From Asterias rubens (lineage: Eukaryota): 64,000 nucleotides of DNA. Positions 47,133 to 59,663 of this stretch are shown here, one piece after another (position 1 is the stretch's first letter; each line of letters begins with the position of its first letter). The notes beneath the pieces were generated by a model. The model did not search any database. It was given only the letters and a program-made list of their open reading frames with translations, and was not told the origin of the DNA. The translations under genes were made by a program, and so were the position numbers. The stretch lies in NCBI RefSeq assembly GCF_902459465.1, contig NC_047064.1, positions 21,204,001 to 21,268,000 on the forward strand, in the 5' to 3' direction.

Positions 47133-50100
47133 TCAATGGTGTCTTTCCTGTTGGCATCCTGCTATACTGTACTTTCTCATAATGTCCGACACGAACTCAA
47201 AGCGCTTGACACGGTTTCGGAGTCGGTAGAGAGGGTCCAATAAAAACCGAGATTTGGCTGAACTCTCCTGGTGAGGAACGTGAATGGCCCACACGCTGGG
47301 TAACACAACAAACTCATACCTGTGTAAATAAACAAATCAAGTTTAGGAATTACTAACTGTTTATTGTAAGAATTTGTCTTAGCTTGACCATGGAGGAAGG
47401 AAGCGACGGAGTTCGAACGACCCGCCAAACCGCAGAGTAACAAAAGAAAACCCGGACAATGCCCCTTATCAGGAAATGTACACACTGTTGAAAAAAAACT
47501 TTGGTAGTGAGAGTAGCAAGAATCCAAATCAAAGTTCATTGTGATATCGGATAGCTTCTTACCCTCTAGCATGGAGTTCCATGGAATATGTCACTTTGTT
47601 CATTCCGTATCCTGTAAATCGCTCATCAAATGTCTGCACATCAACTGTGTTTCTGCATCAAGAAACAATCAAACAAATTGTGATGTTAATCTGACAGCCA
47701 GGGTACAGCAATTCAAGAAAAAATTACAACATCAGACATCTGTGTTCAGGCTGGTGACCGAGAATTTATTGTCGCTGGCTCTCGGTGATGTAATTAAATT
47801 CCTACTCCTGTTTGAAATTCAGCTGGTCTCTTTCCCCAGGAACTGGACACTATTGGTAATTACTCCAAACAATTATTGTTATCATAAAAACTTACTTAGT
47901 AACAAGCAATTACCTCTACATGTGACATGACCTAAAGTCCTGTTCATACATCCTGCGAATTTGAATGCGATATGAATGTTGACATAAAAAATTCGCAATG
48001 AAAAATTTGCATCAGTTGAAATGTTCTATACTCCTACGAAACATTCCAAATGAAAACAAGACTGTGACGTCAAAAATCGTAGGAACCAGGCTTAAGGTTA
48101 TCATAACTTACTTCATTATGAGATATGGTTCATATTTATCTTGATATTTGATGACCCTATAGGGTTGAGTAGAGGAGTACCAAGCCCTGTAGTCCGTGGG
48201 TCGGTGAGCTTCTGGAGCAGTGGACAGCAGTAAGGAGGAATTAAGGAAAACAATTTGACAAGAACACACAAAAAAGTACAGCCTCTTTAAGATGCTTAGC
48301 AAGAAAACCAGACTCACGCAGCCTCTTTAAGAACCCAGAGTGGCTCAGCAGAAGATGGTGCTACCAAGTTATTTTGCTAAGCTCATAAATAGCAGGGAAC
48401 CAGTTACACAGAATACAGATGGAATGAGAATTTAGCTGGTAACCAGCTTTTTTAACATCAAACTTGTCAAAAGAAAAATACAATTTACTTGTTAAGCATT
48501 CCTGGTTGAAAAAAAGTCTTTAATTTTAATATAACAATCATTTCAAGTTACAAATCATGAAAAAGGATATTAAAAGGAGAAATAACGGCATCTTGGCCAA
48601 ACATGCGATCCTTCAGATCCTGCTTGGTTTTTGGATGATTGGACGGAGAATCCTAAAAGAGAAAAAAGACAAATTCATTATTCTCAAATCAAGAAACTAT
48701 CGCTACAGCTGTCAAGTAGATGTCAAATTGCAACATCTCCTTTGCTCCAGGGGCCGATTTCACAAAGAGTTAACACTCATCTTATCTCAAGTTAGGACGA
48801 GTAACTCAACTTAACTTAAGACGAATCCTAACGTAGGATCAATCTTACGACTAGGACTTGTCCTAAATCCTAGAATCGATCCTTAGTTAGGAAGTGTTTT
48901 ATGACATCGACCCCTTGGTCCCTTTCCCGCAAACCCAGAACTTCAAATAAGACTTCCTTGTATACCTTGATAACCTCTTGTGAATATTCAAAGACTGGAA
49001 CTACAAATGCTGTCTGGTCCATCGAGGGCTGTTTTTCCATCTGGTCTAAAGAGGACTGGAAGCTTGTCTGAAACTCAGGGGACGGAACGAAATCTGCATC
49101 CAAGAGCAGAATGTACTTGGACTTGGCTTGCCTAGAAAGAAAAAAAAAGTTATTGCCTCAGATAAAAATCTAAACCTTTGTTGAAGTAGTGATGTGATGT
49201 ACAATGACTGGCTTTTATTTAATCAATTTTGAATTGAATAAAAGAAAACTGACAAGAGCAGGATTTGAACGTGTGATCTCCAGATTAACATGCCGGTGCT
49301 CAACAACTGAGCTATCTAGCCCTATGTTGGCAGTCTCTCTATTTTGTCAATATCTTTGTTCAGGGGTGCCAGTCAGACGCCATACAATCGTTAGCTGCCA
49401 TAAACTGTAGTTTGTTTGTTTTTTAAATGAGGAAAGTGCCACAAACTACAAGACTTTATAAGTGTTTTTTTATATTTTTAATAGCACTGCAGGGAAACCA
49501 ACAACAAGGAAATCATCTACATGTAAACACCTGGGCCCAATTTCATAGAGCTGCTAAGCACAAAAATTTGCTTAGCATGAAATTTCTTTCTTGATAAAAA
49601 CAGGATTACCAACCAAATTTCCACGTGATTTTCAGGATAAGCAAACAACAGCTGAATACCAGTAACAAGCAAAATGCAACAAAAAGAAATTTGGTTGGTA
49701 ATCCTGTTTTTATCAAGGAAGAAATTTCATGCTAAGCAAGTTTTTGTGTTTAGCAGCTCTATGAAACTGGGCCATGAACCATTCCATGCCTAACCTACTG
49801 AGCTACATTGTTTGTCCCTTAAGGGGCTTTTTTCATGAGAAATAAGTCACAAGTTATCGCCACAACGATTTGAATATCTGCGTAAATTTGTTTGAGACTT
49901 TTTAAAGATTATTACCTAATCGCCAAATTCCTCAAATAGTTGACAGGATAGTCATCCTCAACCTGAAATGAAAAAACAAAAACAGAAATAAAGTAAAAGT
50001 TACAAATTACGATGTAGCTCCTCCTTCTCCACTTTTACAGGAAAGGTTTTAAATATTTTGACTGTTGTGCCAAGAGTCGCATCACTTTTGCTGAAAGAGC

Positions 50101-53100
50101 CTTCTCGGTATATGGACCCAAACTCTGGAATAAACTTCCAAATCACATCAGAGACACAACATCCTTCGACACATTCAAGACACTTCTGAAAGCCCACTTG
50201 AGCAAACCTTTGATTTAGGAGCTTTATAAATTATTTATGATTGATTGGTTGATTGGTTGATTGACTCACTGTTTTGGCAAAGACTACCACCATGTTGCAT
50301 CTACCATGAAGATGGCTATCTTTTAACTTCTTCTTGATGTACAACCTGAATAATACAAAAAAAATCAACTCTTGAATTCGGAAAAAGAAAAAACAGCGAA
50401 AAATCATGACAATCTGATTAATGAACGATAAAAAACTAATCCCAGAAGTGCATCCCTCTAGCCAAACTGAAACCTTAGAGCATCATCAACAGTTTTACGA
50501 AAATCAGACAACATGAGGTAACAAAATACCCTTCTCAAACGACACTCACCGTTTCCAACTATGGTCTTCATCAGGCTGGAGTGATTTCGTTGGAACGTAG
50601 AGAGCGATAGAGATGGGTCCCTGCCAATCCCTGAGAGTAGATTCTATGAGGTCTATTCTATTGAGAGAAACTTGAGTCACGAGGGTTACTGGAAAGGACT
50701 CCTCATCAGCCTGTAGAACGAACAAACAAGTCATTTTTGTATCTTAAAGACAGTTCTTTTCAGAACTGAGAAGTCTCCTGAATTCCAAAAAATCTACACA
50801 GCGGTAGTAGAGAAGTCTTTCAAATTCCAAAAAATCTACTCCGCGGTAGTAGAATATATAGCAAGACAGTTCTCTAAAGAACAAAATCTACTTGGAAAGA
50901 AGACACACACATGGTGTTAATGATGCCAAAATGCTGTTCTTGAGTCCTTCATGTCCTTTTGACATTTCAAGTAAAAAACATATTTAAAAAAATTATTTGC
51001 AAGATTAACTTTTTTTCTCTCACAAATTTAAACAAATAGTCCAAGCAGGTTTGTGATGTGTATGTAGATGCAAAAGGTGGCTCATGAATATTCAATACTA
51101 ACATTTGCATAATGATGATGTCATATATTTATAGAGTCATCATTATTCAGCTAAGACCAAAACACTGGAGAACATCCTCTATAGTTTCTTATCTTTCTTA
51201 AGGATTTGCAGATCTGACTTTTTCTAGACATAGTAGCTCATGAATATGCAATACTTACTTTTGTCTCTACTGTTAGAAACTGTTCTACTTCAAACGGTGG
51301 GCGAGTCACAGTCGTAACCGGATGGAAATATTGCGGACACGGCTTCAGGAAGTTCCTGGGGAGTAGAACTTGATGACCATGGCCTAAAAATTTAAAAGAA
51401 ATCTCAAGACAATTTTTAAATCAATCAAAATATCACAGGACAAACTTTTCAAGTGCAATTTTGTTTTTACTTTTTTTTTGTCATTTGTAAGAATCAGTAA
51501 AAAAGCATAATTTTGGTTATGAATGAATTTACCTGTAGCTGGTCGCACTGTGACGTCCATAAATTTGATGGATCCTTGGTAACCATGGCAACATAGCATG
51601 ATAGTTATACTTTGAAGGACTTTATCTGTTGGGATGACCTGCCAATGAAAACCACCAAAAAGTCATAAAGTTTTAAAAGGTTTTAAAAAATTGCTAGTTT
51701 TAAAGCACTGTCCTTTATTTCCTCTGAAAAATAAAAGTATAGATTATTGAGAACAAATATAGACTGCACTGTTCCTGCCATCCTTGTGGTGAGTCTTACC
51801 TTGTCTACTTTGGCCGATAAATATGGGTGTGTCCCGGCAGGAAAATCAAGTCTGTAAAATAAAATGTATCAGTTGTTCTGAATGGTTTATACCTAAAAGT
51901 AAAAAAAAATAGCAAGACATTTTCGCGTTTACCATTCCTATGAAAGGCTTCCAAGTTTAGCACATTAGATAGCAAAGTTCCTTGAAACATTACAGCAACA
52001 AACAAAAGATCCTCAAATTCCCCAAATATATTTGAATTTGCTCCAGACTTTCATGAACTATGGTGTGATCAAGCTTCTGTTCTGTTAGCACAGAATTTGT
52101 TTTTTTAATGAGATGTCACCAACATCACAAATCCAGATGGCCGCTTCAAGGCGAGGGCTACAGTTAATCGATATGAGCTGTTGACCAAATTAACTGTCAC
52201 CAGGGGCACTTTCCACCTACTCTTTGAGCTGAAACAGGGATACCCCCTTCACAGTCCGTAAGGATGTAAGCATGTGTAGCATCCACAAGGAGCCTGGCTG
52301 GTAGAGCAGAATGCACTACCTTCCCAACTTTTTAGGAAGAATTTATGGACTGGTGCCTTGCTCAAGAGCAAGGGCTTAGAACCCAAACTCTACAACACAA
52401 AAGCCTGGGCTTGGAGAACTAGACTGCTCAGCCACAACACGCCACAGCAATGGGTTCACAGCCAAAACCCCTTATAATGCATATAATCTGTGACTGGTTC
52501 CTTGCTAGTTTTTAATTAGCAGATAATTTTTGCTTAGCAGTGTTTCCTGCTTAGCAGTTTTTTTAAGGCGGGTTAAGTTCTGTACATTGAAAGTCTCACC
52601 TCATTCTGTTAGTTGATTCATCGCTGTATTTGAGTAATGCTATTGCACTGTAGGTTGCATCGTCAGACTACCACAGAGGAAAAGAGAAGTGTGGAGATTA
52701 GAGGAGGTGTTATTAAGAAATCTTGGCTAATAGTTAACCCTCCTACTAATGGTAATATTATTTCCAGTGATCATGGGTCATGTGGGGTGGAACAGCTGTG
52801 TGTACAGATCTGACTGTTTTTTTGTAATGTGTAGATGCATTCACCACATGGTATTATATTGCAGGCTTGCATGGTCTATCTATCATTCAAAACCACAGTG
52901 GATAATAATGAATGGTCAGAAAGTAGGAGGGTTAACTGTGTACTGTGTAGATGCATTCAACAAATGGTATCATATTGTAGGCTGGCATAGATCTGTATTG
53001 CATCATTCATAACCACAGTGGATGATAATGAATGGTCAGACAGTAAGAGGGTTGACTGTGTATTATGTTGATGCATAACAACAAAATTACAGGCCGACAT

Positions 53101-55781
53101 TAGTTTAACTATTTTTCAAAACAACAGTGGATGATATTAAATGGTCAAAAACTTTGGTCTAGAATGCCCCCCAGTTTTGAAAACCCCTGGGTTCTAGATC
53201 CCTGGAAGGTAGTTTTAAACTGTTCTGCTAAAAAAAGAAAACAATTATCTCACCATTTGTTTGTCCTTAGTCAACTTGGATGATGCACTTTTTGCATGAA
53301 AGTATATACTTTTTATTGATATATCTGGATTAATCTGCAGGGGGAAAATCAAGCATTAGTGACTTTTTTATTCCAAACATTCTTACTTTGTCCAGAAAAT
53401 ACCTCTCAATACACGGTGAACACTAATAGAGTATTTCATACATGTATGTTAATTGTGGCATCAGGGATGAGAGTATACTTTGGACTTAACCCTCACACCA
53501 ATGTGTATTCAGAGCTCTGTGAAAAATTCCACAGGCAACAAATCACTCAGGTTGGATCTTTTTCACAGAACTCTGGAGATTATACAGTGCTCAATACACA
53601 TCGGTATTAGGGTGAAAACAACCTGTACAAGTAGAATATTCTTAATTCCAATAACGTAAAATAAATGTGATTTTAAATGTTTATGTTGTTTTAAATTGTA
53701 ATGAAAAGTATCAACCAGTTTCAACTATCATTTGAAGACAAAGTGTTCACACTCTCAAATCAAGCATAGTCCCTTCTTAGCCCAATATTTATTTTTGAAA
53801 TTGAACAAATATTTTGGTTTCAAATCTCAGTTTTAAAGCCATTGGACCCTTTCGGTAAACAGTGTTGTCCAAGGCCCACACTTTGTGTACCACAACTTCT
53901 ATATCAAATAACAAACCTGTGACAATTTAGGCTCAATCGGTCATCGGAGTCGGGAGAAAACAACGGAAAATCCCACCCTTGTTTCCGCGGTTTTAGCCGT
54001 GTCATGACATGTGTTGAATTCAAAATCAGTAATTCTCGTTAACGAGAATTTATATTGTTTTGCTGTTTTCTCAAAAAGTAAAGCATTTCATGGAATAATA
54101 TTTCAAGAGAAGTCTTTCACCATTGTCTTCTGTAAACCCTGTAAGTTATTTGTAAATCTGTGAACTTTTATTTTTTTTTCTGAACCGAAAGGGTCCAATG
54201 GCTTTAAGTAACTACTTTTGGTTTCTGGATGCTTGTATACTTACAGGTAAAAACTGATAAATAGCTCTAACACTGTCTGGCTTGCATTTCACACTCAAGA
54301 CCTGCACAAAGAGAATGATTGGACCAGAATAAAAGTCAGTAATGTGTCAACTATGTTTACAATAAGTGTGACCCAGGCAATATACGTACTCTCTGCAGAT
54401 CATATATGAAAGTTGACTTTTTGTGTCCTAATTTCCACATAAATCCAAGAGATATGAAAGTAAAAACTGGACAAGTTTTGAGATGTGCCCCCTTACATCA
54501 TATCAAAAAAATGATTAAAAATGGACAGTGCAATCTCCATAAAATATAAGATGTTATGTGTCTTCCATTAGGCTGTGTGCAAATCTTGCCTATAGGAAGT
54601 CCAGGCTTGGTGGCTCTTACTTATATTTACCTTTCCGCAGGTCCCCGGTTGGTCCGGTAGACTGCAGTCAATCTCTGGATTCCATCTGACCTGGGGCATC
54701 CACCAACCTCTGAGTTGAATATTGGACGAGTCAATGATTTGAGCTGAGATGAGGTTACTGGATGAGAATGGAAAATCATTGGGGTCTAGATTGACTTCTT
54801 GGTTTAGGAGCGCCTCGTCAATGCCGTCCACATCTGGGAAGTCTATATCTTGCTCTCTGACAGAATGAAAATTAAACACAAAAAATTATCTTTAATTATG
54901 TATTAATGATGATAAAAAATAGTGAGTATTTAATATTTATAATAAACCCAGGCCATAGCGCCTTTAACAAGATCAAAGCGCTTCATATGATATGACACAG
55001 AAACCTAGAACAAACAAAGTGAACAAGATGGTGCATTCATCGACATTATTTTTGGGAGCGTTCGTTTAGCTCCCCAGGGTCGACCCAGGCACGTGGCTGT
55101 TTTTTTTTACCAGGACGAACTTGGGTAATTATCTGCACACACTTTTCCTGGGAAAAAAAAACACACCGGGGTCATCCCAGGGAAGCTAAACGAATGCACC
55201 CATTTATAAAAAATAATAACAACATAAATGAATGGGGTCGTTGTAGGTAGTACTAGAAGTACTTGTGCTAGTAGGCCTCTATTGTATTGACTTAAAATTA
55301 AATTGTTTTAATGTATTGCTTGTTTTGTTTTGGTCATGTTGGTTTGCGTTGTTTTTAAAATTGGAAAAGTTTCCGTATGGCGCCACCACTTTTTCATTCG
55401 AAATAAAATAATATAGTGACTAATTTACCTGATTGATATATCCCTTTTTGTAAAAATGAGTGAAAAAGTGGTGTCGCCATATGGAAAGTTATCCTTAAAA
55501 TTAAATGTTTGTTTCTGTTTCTGTTTGTTTACTTTATATTTAATTTATAATTTTTATAAAAATACAAATACTTATAGAGAGCAGAAATATTGTCACACGT
55601 ACTTATCCCTTGTCCGTCCATCATCATCAAGATATACAACAAGGCTAATGTAAGTGATCATCAGCGAAACGATTGATATCAAGAAGAAGATCCATACGAA
55701 AAAAGCAATATTAAACAGACACAAACGATGTATGCATCGGCGCACTTTCCTTTGTAAATATCTGTGTATGCACGCAGCCAT
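47133..55781 (-). CDS. Type II membrane GT49-family glycosyltransferase (LARGE C-terminal domain/B4GAT1-like) with extra N-terminal lumenal domain, 16 exons, about 606 aa
   Basis: Exons: 55603-55781, 54631-54856, 54245-54301, 53254-53334, 52600-52667, 51800-51851, 51533-51638, 51259-51383, 50550-50710, 50270-50345, 49916-49962, 48966(or 48975)-49131, 48571-48652, 48112-48229, 47563-47652, 47133-47319. Phases are compatible throughout; intron 13 is AT-AC. A hydrophobic TM lies near the N-terminus. GT49 motifs: VTLVTQVSLNR, WQGPISIALYV, YPVNYLRNLAI, LLDADFVP (DxD), AFVVPVFE, HRPTDY, YEPYLI, FDERFTGYGMNKV, YEFVVLP. Confidence 0.88.
48230..48570 (-). other. U12-type (minor spliceosome) AT-AC intron
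   Basis: 5' end ATATCCTTTTT, branch site TTTTCCTTAAT (plus 48240-48250), 3' end CCTTAC 11 nt after the branch A. Splicing here gives the in-frame junction ...AVISPF-M-LSTAPEAHRPTDY. Confidence 0.9.
49532..49773. mobile_element. MITE family D full palindromic copy
   Basis: GGGCCCAATTTCATAGAGCTGCTAA...TTAGCAGCTCTATGAAACTGGGCC. Related copies at about 58433-58628 and 63857-64000. Confidence 0.8.
50050..50265 (+). mobile_element. L2/CR1-group LINE 3' fragment in GT49 intron
   Basis: Translation AERAFSVYGPKLWNKLPNHIRDTTSFDTFKTLLKAHL is the typical L2 ORF2 C-terminus; followed by a (TTGA/TTGG) tail. Confidence 0.75.
52790..53145. repeat. Tandem repeat, about 120 bp x3, GT49 intron
   Basis: GTAGATGCATTCA...ACAGTGGAT(A/G)ATAATGAATGGTCA is repeated. 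Confidence 0.8.
53833..54207 (+). mobile_element. MITE family B full copy
   Basis: TTAA|AGCCATTGGACCCTTTCGG...CCGAAAGGGTCCAATGGCT|TTAA. Confidence 0.85.
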
Positions 55782-55884
55782 CTTGTTTCAGAAAGTTATA
55801 TCGCCCTCTTGTGTGGAGAAAAATTATTACAGACGTGGGTAGGGACGGTCCGCCGCCCACCACAAACAGAGGGCAGTGTTCAAA
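55782..55884. promoter_or_regulatory. Compact bidirectional promoter/5' UTRs between the GT49 ATG and the divergent ATG
   Basis: 103 bp between the start codons; GC box-like CCGCCCAC; YY1/Kozak-like AAGATGGC and AAAATGGC at the two starts. Confidence 0.5.
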
Positions 55885-55953
55885 ATGGCAGATTTCAGTC
55901 GAAAGTCGAAATCAAGTCTCCTATCAAAAAATCTCACAAGAACGAAGGAAAAG
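55885..55953 (+). CDS. Probable first coding exon of a gene divergent from the GT49 gene; weakly resembles the amphiphysin/BIN N-BAR N-terminus
   Basis: caaaATGG start context, 23 codons MADFSRKSKSSLLSKNLTRTKEK, phase-0 donor AAG|GTCAGT. As recalled, the amphiphysin first exon (MADIKTGIFAKNVQKRLNRAQEK) has the same length and a similar end. No amphiphysin-like exon 2 was found in the window. Confidence 0.45.
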
Positions 55954-58900
55954 GTCAGTAAAATTCAATATAATTGTTTCTCATTAGCAGGATTGTTTCC
56001 CTACACGATGGCTGAGTAAATGTTGACATAGTGGTATTTATGACACTCAATTAGTAAGGTTTATTAGTGGACCTGTTGAGAAGAAAAAGAGAAAGTCATT
56101 GATTGGTGCAGTCTATGCCGCTATGCGTTCATGCATTGCCCCAGTGCTGTGGTCTAGGCTAAGCAGGACGTTCAGTGTTCACAAATGCTGACTTTGGTTA
56201 GTATGGGGCACTCGGGTTGTAACTTTTCGCTGTATTAAAACTTAATTTGTCCTGGAATTGGCTGAGGTTGACATTTAATGTTTGATTACTGACTGTCCCC
56301 ACACAACATTATTCCTCTCAAAAAAACCAAAAAAAAGGTGAAAATCCAACCAAACTTGATTGATTGACAGATATTGAAGCATTCTTAAATTACAGTTTTA
56401 ATAATTACAGAATTATTGGAAAACTTTATCCTGCCACCACTTTCTCACAAATTTTACCAACTAGGAATACCTCATGTTACTATTTTTTCATAACGAATGA
56501 AAAAGTGGTGGCAGGATGATGCGGAAACTTTTCTAGATTATCTCCAATCTTTCTTTGAATGGAAAAGTTTGCGTATGGTGCCACCACTTTTTTATTCGAT
56601 ATGAAATAATATAGTTTCTAGATTATCTCATGTGACATACCTTTTTGTAAAAATGAGTGAAAAAGTGATGGCGCCATACGGAGAGAATATCCCTTTGAAT
56701 TGCTCCGCTGTCAGAAAGAAGTACATGAAGCGCTATACTTGGAAGAAGAAGAAGAAGCATAGCAACATACAAGACTATAGTGCAGCGAATTATGTGTCTT
56801 TGAATATAGATGTGAAGTCAAAAAAGATTAGATTATCAAATTGTTGAAAGATACAATTTTACAAAGGCTGGGGATACTTTACTGGCGACATTAAAATCAT
56901 TTTAAACTGTATTGGCTGGCACTGTTCAAACTGCCGTCAAAACAATGTCTCGGAATTTTTTCACAATTGCGGGTAAAATAGCCACTACCATAATCAAACC
57001 ATTAAAATTAATCCCAAGTCACCTTGGTCCGAAATCAACTCTTCCAGGGTCAGCTTGAGGCAAAGCTCTGGTTATTGTCAGCAACAGACTATCGGTTTGA
57101 ATCCCGGTCATGACGGCACTACATCATAATCGTTTCATAAAACGTTTGGAAGTAGTGCATTCTGGTCCATAACCCAGGCTTCTAGTGGATGATACATTGT
57201 ACCCATCCCTACATCCTTACAGACTGTGAAGGGGGTAACTCTTTTTCAGCCCAAGGAGTAGGTGGCAACGTGCCCCCTTCGGCAGTTGATTTGGTTCGGC
57301 AGACCAAATCAGTTACATGTAAGTGTAGCGCTCAACATGAAGTGGCCGTCTGGTATTGTATTGTTAGGTGATATCTCATGGAGAGAACAAAAATAATAAT
57401 AAAAATAATAAAAATTCTCTTAGAGCAAGACACTTTTATCTAAACTTCTCAGTAGCTGAAAGTTTCTTCTTGTTAACTTACAGCATGTCATGTCCATGTA
57501 TTTTTTTATTTGAAGCAAAAGTACTCGGACAATAAAGCATCCAGAGAACATATCAAGTGCTGCAAGTTTGTTTCAATCATGGTGTTGTGGACCCAATTTC
57601 AAGGAAACTGGTTAATATAAGAATCAAGGAAATAAATTGTGGTCACTCATGTTGGTCGCTCAGTTTCCTGATAGTAAAATTTAAGCCCAGTGAAAGTAAA
57701 ACAAAACATGTATACATTTCAAAAACTTTGTTTTCTTCATCAAAATATGTATACACAAAATCAAATCGGAAAAAGATTTACAAAGAAATTAGTACTTTGT
57801 GATCAGTTGTCTTAAATTCTTTACATGTTCAAATTGTGTCAGATCTTAATAAGTTTTGTCCATGAACTTTGTGCGGACAAGTTATTATGCGGAAGGAACA
57901 CAGTACACTGCATGGATTTATTAATTACCAAACTAACTTGTCCTTGCTTTCTTGCTTTTGTTTACAAGGACAATTTCATACAGATCCAACCTTCAAACCA
58001 GCCTGAAAGAGGTGTTTTTACTGATAGTGACTGGATTCATATTTAAATCCTTCCTTTTTAACAGGAAAATACACCTCTATGTAGAGGATTCATCATGTAA
58101 TATGAATTGTAGATAAAACAAACACAGTCTCTATTTTCACTCACACCACTGGGCCATTTCCTGGAAATCTACTGCATGCTCAGGTTATTCATTTACATTT
58201 CAAATACAAGTCCCATACAAATGACCGAGATGAACCAGTCACAAAGCTCAGGACCAGTGAAACAAAAAGTGAACTGTTCCCCTGGAAAGTTACATTTTTG
58301 TATATCGGTCAAACACCCAGGAAAGGAAAATACTGTTATTGATCCAAGGATGAACACAATCATCTTTGACAGATAAGATCCTTGACAGATAAGCTTGTCT
58401 CCTAAAACATGCACAATTCATGTTCAAACATTAGGGTCAAATTTCATAAAGCCTGTGAGCATAAAAATTGCTACTTAGCACAGAAAATATTGCTAAACAG
58501 AAATTGGTTACCACCTAAAATTCCATAAAATTTTCATTGTTGCAACTAGTGCCCCACTCATTATATGCTTTGCAGAAGAAATTTTCTTAGCAGTATTTCC
58601 TGCTTAACGGCTTTGTAAAATTGGGCCCAGGGTATAGTGTATTTACTGTATTAAAAAAAACAAAATAAATTATTCAACTTTATTAATATTTTGTTTGTGG
58701 AATGTTCAACATTTTCAGTAACCTCATTGATTGGATCTTTCTAAATCATTGTTATACAACTGTGGCCATGTGGATTTTTTATTTTTATGAAAATCCCAGC
58801 TCAAGTTCACACAGTGATTGGTAAAAAGGATTCTTATCAAATTAATCTTTGTCAGTAAATATTGATTCTTTGATTCACATTCCTGTATCTGTGACCTGAC

Positions 58901-59244
58901 CATTATAACTGACATAGTTATTTGAGCCCGTCCACACAAAGTGGATTGAGAATTATGGCATTTTGGTCCAAGTTCTGATACTTCACTGAGGCAATGATGG
59001 CGATTGCCTTCATGCCCCCTGGTCATTGCCTTGGTGCCCTTGAAATGCTCTAGTAGAAATTTACTGTTCTCATGGGGTGCCCTTTACGAAGGAGAAAATG
59101 CCTCTGGTGCCATTAATTGCCCTTTCAAAATGGAAGCAAACAGGCATGCGGTCCTTTAGTAGCAATCATTGACAGTCGTAGCCATACATGTAGCTGTAAC
59201 CATCAATTCAAATACAGCCTAATAGTCTGTACCCTTGTAAAAAT

Positions 59245-59663
59245 AATAATAATAATTGTGGCTTCTTATATAGCGCACATGTCCGTCACTCAGTGACGCT
59301 CCTGGCTCTGTAACATACAGTATTTCCTGCAAGATGTGGGACTACGTTTTTAATTATGAGACCTAATTCTGATAGCACCATGTAATGTTTTACAAGGTGC
59401 TGTGGCGCAATTTGCTGCCGATCGGACCAGGAACACCGGGGCGAACCCCTTCTCTTTTCGATAAGTGCACTGGGTTCTTTTACATGCGTTACATAACACA
59501 TGGGACCAATGGCTTAACGTCCCATTCGAAGGACGAAGCAATGGTGAAGTGTCTTGCTTAAGGACACAAGTGTCACGGTTGGGGATTCGAACCCACACTC
59601 TGCTGATCAGAAACACCAGAGTTTGAATTCGGTGCTCTTAACCGCTCGGCCACGACACTTCCA
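59245..59663 (-). mobile_element. tRNA-derived SINE
   Basis: Same family as 29245-29633. Confidence 0.85.

Noticed and set aside
48303-48343. Micro-exon (26 nt, ending in GTGAGT) that could restore the GT49 frame with GT-AG introns
   Set aside because: It needs a poor GAG acceptor and a weak upstream donor, and gives an unconserved peptide. The U12 AT-AC solution matches consensus at all three signals.
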